Virus record (IMG/VR): IMGVR_UViG_3300005985_000001
Location: 19,742 to 83,741 of that record
Length of the DNA: 64,000 nucleotides
Source of the DNA: a virus
Lineage: Duplodnaviria; Caudoviricetes
Direction: 5' to 3' (one strand)
The position numbers and the translations under genes are program-made. Below are positions 57,498-64,000 of the stretch, one piece after another; the first letter of the stretch is position 1; each line of letters opens with the position of its first letter. The notes below the pieces were generated by a model. That model made no database searches and had not been told where the DNA came from. It was given only the letters and a program-made list of their open reading frames with translations.

Positions 57498-59786
57498 ATG
57501 GGTCTGATTAATCCCCATTTTGAAGCCTTCAAACCTGACTACAACGAAGATCAGGTCGTAGAGATTGCTCTACGGATGCGGGCATCGTTCGCAGTCATCA
57601 TGAATGATGCGAAGGCAGCCAAGAAGCTCCAAGATGCAGGCATCATCCCGATCTTCCGCGTGTTGAATGCCTGGTTCAATGACGATTCGGGGCATGACCA
57701 CTTTGATGCAAAGGTGTATCTGGAGTTCATGGTCGCAGCAGCGCGAGCAGCAGGCTGTGATGTCACCCGAATGATCTTCTACTACATCAACGAAGCAGGC
57801 AATGCCTCGATGCCCAAGCTCAAGGAGCAGCTTCGCCTCGCCATTGAAGCCGCGAAGCAACTGGGCATCAAGCTCTGCGTCCTCAATATTGCCATTTGGA
57901 ATTGGACGCTTGAAGACTGGGAATACATCGAAGACGAACTCGATGAAGTGGCCTATGTCGGCTTCCATGAGGGCTACTACAACGGACAGGAAACCTTAGA
58001 CCTGGCAGAAGCAGCCGGTTCGATTGGTCGCTTCGAGTATGTTCTGAAACGCTTTCATCTTCAGGGTCGCGTGATCATCACCGAGTTCGCCGGATCACTC
58101 ACGGCGCATGACGGCTGGCGGGCACTCTACAAAGGCAACTGGCAGTTGTGGGCGCAGCGCATCCGCGAAGCCATGATCGCCTTCTACGCCCGCTACAACA
58201 TCCCGATCTGTCTTTTCACCGCATATTCGTGGCGGCGCGACTTTGACTATTACCGAGAGATTGAGTTTCAGCAGAAGATTGCCGAACTCAATCTCCAGTT
58301 TATTTATCTTGAGGAACCTTTGATGGTCAACATGCGAGATCTGGTGTGTCCGAGTAATGGCCCGCTTCGTAAGCTGAACTCCGGCGAGATCGTACAAACG
58401 GTCTGGAATGGGAGTTTTGGCTACCAATACAAGAACAGCCAGTGGGAACAGTTCTGCATCAAGACGATGGCTGGTGTTGATTGGGTTTGCCGTCTGATGG
58501 ACATTAGTGAGTATCTGGCACCTCGTCAGTCGGTTTATGCCTTGTTTGAGGATAAATCGCTTACCAAGCCCGGTGGTGCATGGGTACCGGTCAATGCCGA
58601 AGTCGGCAAGGTCTACACCCGTGATGTGTGGGTGCAGGAATACTGGCGGGATGGCAGATTGATCCCAGAAGGCACGCTGGGCAGCAAAACCGGACGAGAT
58701 GTGACCTACTTCAAAGTGGTCAAGGTGCATCCCACTTGGGCAACTTTTGAAGGGGTTCAGGTACAGAACGTTGCCGAGTGCGTGTATGGACATGATTACA
58801 CTGCGGTCGTGGCTGCCAATGCGGAACGTTCCGCTGGCGTAAAAGAGCGTTATTTTTACTCTGGCGGCTTAGTCGGTTTCATCGACTACAACTTTACACC
58901 TCCGAGTCAAACGGTGCTCACGCCCTCACGGGATTGGCCCAATTCTCGTCCTGCTCCAATTCAACTCCCCTGGTGGAATCCTCAAATGACAACCCCAACC
59001 ATCCCTGCTGGTCAAACACCATATACTGCCAAAGCAATCGATGCTGTGAAACTCCGCCCTGCGCCTGGGTTAGGCACTAGCAATTTGTTCAACCCAGCCA
59101 TTGTGATCCCTAAAGGCAGTACAGTTACTCTATTTGAGACTCCAGCCATTACGGATACACCGGATGAATGGACGTGGGTACGCTGCGAGAGTGTGCTTGG
59201 CAACGGCTTCGCGGCTCGTGAATTCTTCGAGCGCGTACAATCGGTGCCAGTGATGGACTTTGAGATTGCTGTCCCTTATTTTTCGCAGATCGATGCCAAG
59301 CTTGCAATCAATGACTGTTTTCCTGCCTGCGGCACTTCACTGATTCACTACGAATACCCGCGACATGGGATTGCTCGCCCTTCACTCATTAGCGTAGATG
59401 ACCTTACACGAGATAGCGATCTTATGAGGGTAGATGATGGTTTAGGCTGTTCTGAAGGCGTTACCCTTCTCAAGGGATACGGACTTAACACTATTTGGTA
59501 TAAGGCACTAACTGTAGATGATTTACCTCAGTTTATTGAAGATGGAAAGCCGCCAATATTACTGGTGAACTCCAAATATATTGGCTATACCGCAGAATTC
59601 GGACACTTCATCCTGGCGCTTGGATATAAGAAAGATGCTGGCGGCAAGGTGACACATATTAAATATCACGATCCTTATTCTCTAGGGGCAAATCAAATCC
59701 AGACTGCTACTAATATGAAAAATGCCATGAATGACGTTGGTAAGTTTACTCCGCATGGGCCTGGGCAAGCGGTTATCCTGACATGA
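57498..59786 (+). CDS. modular endolysin: GH-A-like TIM barrel, unknown domain, SH3b, C39-like peptidase
   Basis: INEA/FHEGY/IITEFAG; VKLRPAPG..TW; VPYFSQ..NDC..C..GHFIL..YHDP. Confidence 0.75.
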   Translation: MGLINPHFEAFKPDYNEDQVVEIALRMRASFAVIMNDAKAAKKLQDAGIIPIFRVLNAWFNDDSGHDHFDAKVYLEFMVAAARAAGCDVTRMIFYYINEAGNASMPKLKEQLRLAIEAAKQLGIKLCVLNIAIWNWTLEDWEYIEDELDEVAYVGFHEGYYNGQETLDLAEAAGSIGRFEYVLKRFHLQGRVIITEFAGSLTAHDGWRALYKGNWQLWAQRIREAMIAFYARYNIPICLFTAYSWRRDFDYYREIEFQQKIAELNLQFIYLEEPLMVNMRDLVCPSNGPLRKLNSGEIVQTVWNGSFGYQYKNSQWEQFCIKTMAGVDWVCRLMDISEYLAPRQSVYALFEDKSLTKPGGAWVPVNAEVGKVYTRDVWVQEYWRDGRLIPEGTLGSKTGRDVTYFKVVKVHPTWATFEGVQVQNVAECVYGHDYTAVVAANAERSAGVKERYFYSGGLVGFIDYNFTPPSQTVLTPSRDWPNSRPAPIQLPWWNPQMTTPTIPAGQTPYTAKAIDAVKLRPAPGLGTSNLFNPAIVIPKGSTVTLFETPAITDTPDEWTWVRCESVLGNGFAAREFFERVQSVPVMDFEIAVPYFSQIDAKLAINDCFPACGTSLIHYEYPRHGIARPSLISVDDLTRDSDLMRVDDGLGCSEGVTLLKGYGLNTIWYKALTVDDLPQFIEDGKPPILLVNSKYIGYTAEFGHFILALGYKKDAGGKVTHIKYHDPYSLGANQIQTATNMKNAMNDVGKFTPHGPGQAVILT

Positions 59787-59889
59787 GAGGGTCTCTGAAC
59801 CCTTAACTACTTATTTCTTTATGAATACTTATTCCCTCGTGGTTACGGCAGACCCTCTCAATTCAAATCCCCTATAGAGGAACAAAAAC

Positions 59890-60624
59890 ATGAGTAACCG
59901 AGTGATCGGCATCCTCCCGGCTGCTGGGCTTGGCACAAGACTTGGGCTTCCTTTTGCCAAAGAATTATTGCCGATTAAGAGCCATTGGGATGCACTAAAT
60001 TATAAGCAGGTTGCAGTGACTGTGCTGGAAACCTCTCTGGAACAACTTTCAGCCGCAGGCGTCGAAGAAGCAGTGGTGGTCATTCGTCCTGAGAAGCAGA
60101 TGATCTGTGAGTATCTGAAGAACCGCAGACGTGGCGTAAATATCCGCTACGTCGAGCAGAAGACCATGTACAGCCGCGAGGGACTGCCGGATGCGATCAT
60201 GGCTGCCTATGACATCGCCAAAGACTACGACCTCTGTGTGATGCTGATGCCGGATGTGTACTTCACCGATGAAATGGTGGTCGTAGACCTCCTGGCAGCA
60301 CTCACGGAACGTTCCGATGCGATTGGCGCGGTGAGTACCTGGCTGACCGTCGAACCCTGGCGCTTTGGCGTGGTCAATTCGATCAACTGGGAAGTGACTT
60401 CAGTGGTTGATAAGCCGGATGCCAACAAGCCGATGTACCACTGGGGTGCAGTTGCTTTCCGTCCCGCATTCTGGCCCTACATCCTCGAAGAACAGCAGAC
60501 GCTTTCCAATGCCCTGAACCGTGCAGCGGTGAAAGGTTTGCTGGCAGTGCCCGCTCGTGGAGAGTATCTCGATCTTGGACTTCCTCAGAGTTATTTGGAT
60601 GCGGTTGCACGGGTGAACTCATGA
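59890..60624 (+). CDS. sugar-1-phosphate nucleotidyltransferase (RmlA-like)
   Basis: GILPAAGLGTRL...KELLP, GLPDAI, DKP, YLDLG.PQSY. Confidence 0.9.
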   Translation: MSNRVIGILPAAGLGTRLGLPFAKELLPIKSHWDALNYKQVAVTVLETSLEQLSAAGVEEAVVVIRPEKQMICEYLKNRRRGVNIRYVEQKTMYSREGLPDAIMAAYDIAKDYDLCVMLMPDVYFTDEMVVVDLLAALTERSDAIGAVSTWLTVEPWRFGVVNSINWEVTSVVDKPDANKPMYHWGAVAFRPAFWPYILEEQQTLSNALNRAAVKGLLAVPARGEYLDLGLPQSYLDAVARVNS

Positions 60625-61358
60625 GTGTGATTGCCGCGACCCTCCTCACCGACCGTAAGCCTGCCTTCCCGGTCTCCCTACAATACCTGACGCAAGAACC
60701 GCTGATCGAGCGTATCTACGTCAATATTGAGACCAGGTATCCGAGCAGTTATAGCTACGTCACTAAATTCCTTGAAGAATCAGGCAAGCCCTTCTACGTC
60801 GATTACTGGAACATCGAGAGCAACTGGCGGCAGCGCCCGGAATACGACCAGGACCCGAAACGCTTTGCCCCGATTGCAATGGGGCGGAATATGACGTTGG
60901 ACTGGGCGATCTCGATGACCTGGTTTGATCCCAATACCTCGCACCTGCTCTTCGTAGACAGTGATGTACGTCCGCATCCGGGTGGGCTGGAAAAGCTGCT
61001 GGCACTTCAGAAACCCATTACAGGCGGCGTGGTGCCAGGGCGTGGCGCACACAGTCATGTGAACTATGTCTTCGGCGTCCACGATCAGATCGGCGACGTG
61101 ATACGCTGTATGCATGGCACCAGTGGCTACCTGCTGCTGGAGCGTTCTTCATTTGAAGTGCAGCGGTTCCGCTCCGGTCCCTGCATCTACAATCGTGGAG
61201 ATTTCCTCTGTGATGATCCTGCCTATGCGACCGACGCCTTTCATATGAAGCTCACCGACTACTGGTACATCCACAAGGGCGCAACGGCGGATCACGTCGA
61301 TGACCCGGATCGTCCACTGACTCTGGAAACTGCCATCAATGACTATCACAGGCCCTGA
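60621..61358 (+). CDS. GT-A glycosyltransferase
   Basis: IAMGRN...HLLFVDSDV (DxD). Confidence 0.75.
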   Translation: MSVIAATLLTDRKPAFPVSLQYLTQEPLIERIYVNIETRYPSSYSYVTKFLEESGKPFYVDYWNIESNWRQRPEYDQDPKRFAPIAMGRNMTLDWAISMTWFDPNTSHLLFVDSDVRPHPGGLEKLLALQKPITGGVVPGRGAHSHVNYVFGVHDQIGDVIRCMHGTSGYLLLERSSFEVQRFRSGPCIYNRGDFLCDDPAYATDAFHMKLTDYWYIHKGATADHVDDPDRPLTLETAINDYHRP

Positions 61359-61363
61359 TTCGT

Positions 61364-62056
61364 ATGATACTGACCAGGCGTAAGCTGCATCCGATGACCG
61401 AAGTGATTGCAGTCATGACCTACAACCAGCCGGAGATGGTGTGGGCACTCATGCAGGAACTCAGTCCTTATCTCCTGGTGATTGATAATGGTTCGACTGT
61501 ACCCATCCCCAACACACGTATTCGAGTTCCAGAGAACCGCTATTTTGCAGGGGGCTGGAATTACGCCATGCAGCAGATTGACGCCGACTGGGTCGCCATG
61601 CTGAACGACGACATCACCGGTATCACGGTCGGGATGATCAGCGACTTGATTGATACTGCGATAGCACATGACTATGCTGCGATCTCGCCCGCCTTTAACT
61701 CTCCGCATCCGCATATGCAGCCGCAAGGCAAAGGACTCAGACGTGTTCACTCGATTGATTGGGTAGCGACTATTGTTCGCAAAAAAGCCTGGGATGATGT
61801 GGGTGGCTTCAATGAAGCCTTTCCTGGCTATGGATCGGATCTTGAGTGGGCATATCGTGCCAAGCAAAAAGGCTATCGCCTGGCTGTCGATGATCGCTAC
61901 TGTATTCACCACATCGGCGGCGCAGCAGCAATTGCTGGTGGTACGCAGCACATTCAGGGCAATGTCACATCGATGAACGAAGCGTTCAATCGGCTCTATT
62001 CTGTCCCGGACTGGATGGCATTTACCCAGCAGTATCTAATGAAGGATTTCTCATGA
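61364..62056 (+). CDS. GT2 glycosyltransferase
   Basis: LLVIDNGS, FAGGWN, MLNDD, VGGFNEAFPGYGSD..W..RA. Confidence 0.88.
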   Translation: MILTRRKLHPMTEVIAVMTYNQPEMVWALMQELSPYLLVIDNGSTVPIPNTRIRVPENRYFAGGWNYAMQQIDADWVAMLNDDITGITVGMISDLIDTAIAHDYAAISPAFNSPHPHMQPQGKGLRRVHSIDWVATIVRKKAWDDVGGFNEAFPGYGSDLEWAYRAKQKGYRLAVDDRYCIHHIGGAAAIAGGTQHIQGNVTSMNEAFNRLYSVPDWMAFTQQYLMKDFS

Positions 62057-62505
62057 CCGATCTTCCAGTCAGTTTAGACATTGGCGCAATTCCGTATCAG
62101 GTCGAAGTCGTAGATGGATTGCATGTACTCAATGAGGATGGCAGTAAAGATCAACTGAACGGTTATCATCTGGAGCACATTGCGCGGATTCAACTCCGAG
62201 AGGATTTGTCCCCTGCAATCAAGCGCGTTGTGTTTATGCATGAGCTTATCCATGCCCTGCTCTGTCAGCGTGGGCACAAATACCCTCATGAAGAGAACAT
62301 GATCGAAGGCTTGTCTTATGGTCTGGTCGATCTGTTTCAGCGTAACCCCGATTTACTCCCCTATCTCATGAATATCCCCGAAGGACAATCCCCGAATGAA
62401 CTGGCAACAACTCCCGGACCCGATCAAGCAGGAAGCTCTGACCCAGTACCGCAAGAACCGGTCCCTGAACAATCCTGCGCTTGCAGACATTGCCACAGAC
62501 CATAA
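62053..62505 (+). CDS. HExxH metallopeptidase-like phage protein
   Basis: VFMHELIHALL...EE. Confidence 0.75.
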   Translation: MTDLPVSLDIGAIPYQVEVVDGLHVLNEDGSKDQLNGYHLEHIARIQLREDLSPAIKRVVFMHELIHALLCQRGHKYPHEENMIEGLSYGLVDLFQRNPDLLPYLMNIPEGQSPNELATTPGPDQAGSSDPVPQEPVPEQSCACRHCHRP

Positions 62506-63397
62506 CATCAATATAGGTACATTGCTTCGACGCTTACAGGAGATGGATCGCTCAGAACGGGCGAACTATCTGGCACTCACTGAAGGGATTCAGCTTCCTA
62601 CGCAATCTGAGCGTCAATGGAATGATTGTCTGGTTATTGAAGATGAGAACGCCATTGTCATCAGCGACATTGAAAGCCCGGATGCGGATCTAGTTTGGCT
62701 AGAAACCGTGATTCTGATGGGTATCAAACACAATATTCGTCGCCTGATTATTCTTGGAGATACCAGCGCAGGCGATCAGCCCGGACTAGCGACGCATCTC
62801 CTCACCTGGTTTGAGTCCGGGCAGGTGGATTTCAAGAGTTCGATTGGGATGCTGCGACGGATGATCCAGATCTTTCTTATCTTTTTTGATGAGATTGACA
62901 TCATCTCCGGTAACCACGACCAGCGTATTGCCAAAGCCACAGGTGGACAGATCGATCTCGGAACGTTCCTTGAGGACTTCGGAACCCGAGTGCGCTTCAG
63001 TCGCTATCGCCGGATGTATATGCGGACTTCACGCGGGCTGATTGCCATGTACCATCAAGCGAACTTCTCGCAGAATGGTGTGGCACTCGCGCAGAAAATG
63101 TACGATGCCGAACCCGGCTTGAATCGCCAAAAGCCCTACGCGGTAATTATTACCCATATCCATCACTGGGGCTGCGGCAAAAGCAAGGATAATCTCGCGG
63201 AAGTGTATTCACTGGGCTGCTCACGCGATCCGAACCTGACCCAGTACATCAACGAAACTCCCAGTACCTTTGCCAAGTGGTCGCAGAGTCTCATTATCAT
63301 AGAAGATGGCTATTTGAGAAATCTGGAGCGGGACAGCACCAACTGGAAAAAGGAACTCGGCGAATATGCGGAGAAAGCGAGAATCTGTGCTGCATGA
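62396..63397 (+). CDS. calcineurin-like metallophosphoesterase
   Basis: ISDIE, ILGD, SGNHD, YH, THIH motifs. Confidence 0.85.
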   Translation: MNWQQLPDPIKQEALTQYRKNRSLNNPALADIATDHNINIGTLLRRLQEMDRSERANYLALTEGIQLPTQSERQWNDCLVIEDENAIVISDIESPDADLVWLETVILMGIKHNIRRLIILGDTSAGDQPGLATHLLTWFESGQVDFKSSIGMLRRMIQIFLIFFDEIDIISGNHDQRIAKATGGQIDLGTFLEDFGTRVRFSRYRRMYMRTSRGLIAMYHQANFSQNGVALAQKMYDAEPGLNRQKPYAVIITHIHHWGCGKSKDNLAEVYSLGCSRDPNLTQYINETPSTFAKWSQSLIIIEDGYLRNLERDSTNWKKELGEYAEKARICAA

Positions 63398-63591
63398 TGG
63401 TAAGAGACGCGATGAGCACTTTCATGTAGAATACAAGTGCTGTTCCGTTTTGAGCGAAAAACCATCACAAATGTCCACTTTTTGCGGATTTCTCGCTCAG
63501 AATTAGAATACTTGTGCTATCATAATAGCACGTCGCGCCGATCAACTTCACCACAAAGTTCCGGCGCATGAAGGAGAATACCCTCAATAAA

Positions 63592-63626
63592 ACAGGTCTC
63601 GGAACGTTCCGAGACCTGTGCTTTTT
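63592..63626 (+). terminator. 28-bp perfect palindrome followed by a U-tract
   Basis: ACAGGTCTCGGAACGTTCCGAGACCTGT then GCTTTTT. Confidence 0.7.
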
Positions 63627-64000
63627 ACTCCTCGACGGATCATCGGCCACCACAACCTCCCCGTCAAGGATGAAGGAGAATACCCCAATGCCCTTGAGGG
63701 GGTGTGAGAGGTAAACTCATGTATCAGTTTATCGAACAACGTAACTAAAGTCAATCATGAAAAACGTATACCGCGTAAATAATTCTTAAGAATCACAAAG
63801 TTATAACACTTAAGCGGTCAAGGCATTGAGTAAGAAATAAGGATTAAACGGATAAATACGACTTTTGTAATCCGTTCGTGAACTGCTTTCAGAATCCATA
63901 TTGATGAGCGCAGTCATTCTACGGCATACTTTATAAACCGAAGATTTCGAGTGCGATGGAAAAGCCCGATACACATCGGCAGTTGTTTTTCCTGTGCTGA

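Larger units (their letters stand above)
793..63560. promoter_or_regulatory. dispersed CACCAC-loop hairpin plus GAAGGAGA leader element (12 clear copies)
   Basis: Hairpins at 793-808, 5797-5815, 12516-12532, 13802-13816, 14215-14229, 14891-14906, 18202-18218, 19946-19962, 20523-20539, 22596-22612 (minus strand); 24405-24423, 63544-63560 (plus strand). Confidence 0.85.
2179..63611. repeat. dispersed 12-bp palindrome CGGAACGTTCCG (21 exact copies)
   Basis: Copies start at 2179, 4170, 6769, 7804, 15221, 16783, 18284, 18942, 20276, 21855, 27631, 32207, 33889, 39080, 40241, 48658, 53609, 57480, 58822, 60305, 63600. Confidence 0.95.

Noticed and set aside
2179-63611. Palindrome as a LexA/SOS box or a CRISPR repeat
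   Set aside because: Gram-positive and Chloroflexi LexA boxes are GAAC-N4-GTTC, whereas here there is no spacer; copies are kb apart with no regular spacers, and no cas genes are present
63568-63685. 16-bp direct repeat as a mini-CRISPR array
   Set aside because: Only two copies, too short, and they consist of the SD region
1-64000. Stop-codon reassignment, or an integrated prophage with att sites
   Set aside because: Long genes read cleanly in code 11 and tRNA-Trp has the normal CCA anticodon; no integrase or host genes are visible (they could lie outside the window)

Overview
The whole window looks like part of a large tailed (siphovirus-like) phage genome, with no integrase, host genes or phage boundary visible. 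A Chloroflexota (Anaerolineae-like) host is suggested by the DnaN and SSB sequences; this is recall-based inference, not a search result. Left arm (about 0.2-23.9 kb, minus strand): about 65 small early-type ORFs, including dnaN, a MoxR AAA+/vWA pair, an HNH-AP2 endonuclease, ssb and several paralog families. Right arm (24.4-63.4 kb, plus strand): terminase, tRNA-Trp, a tRNA-like RNA, portal, scaffold, capsid, tail genes with a G/GT frameshift, a 2.75-kaa tape measure protein, tail tip and fibre, lysis genes, and a nucleotidyltransferase/glycosyltransferase block. Main discoveries: (1) the tape measure protein carries an N-terminal two-barrel RNA polymerase core (GKRG...RYP...DNDGD...ALDRA) and a PD-(D/E)xK nuclease-like domain; (2) at least 12 hairpins with different stems but a conserved CACCAC loop sit directly 5' of GAAGGAGA ribosome-binding sites; (3) the palindrome CGGAACGTTCCG occurs 21 times exactly, across genes and intergenic regions; (4) a 121-nt tRNA-like element has an expanded anticodon domain. 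No database or HMM searches were run. Family assignments rest on motifs read by eye and on gene order, and coordinates were counted by hand.
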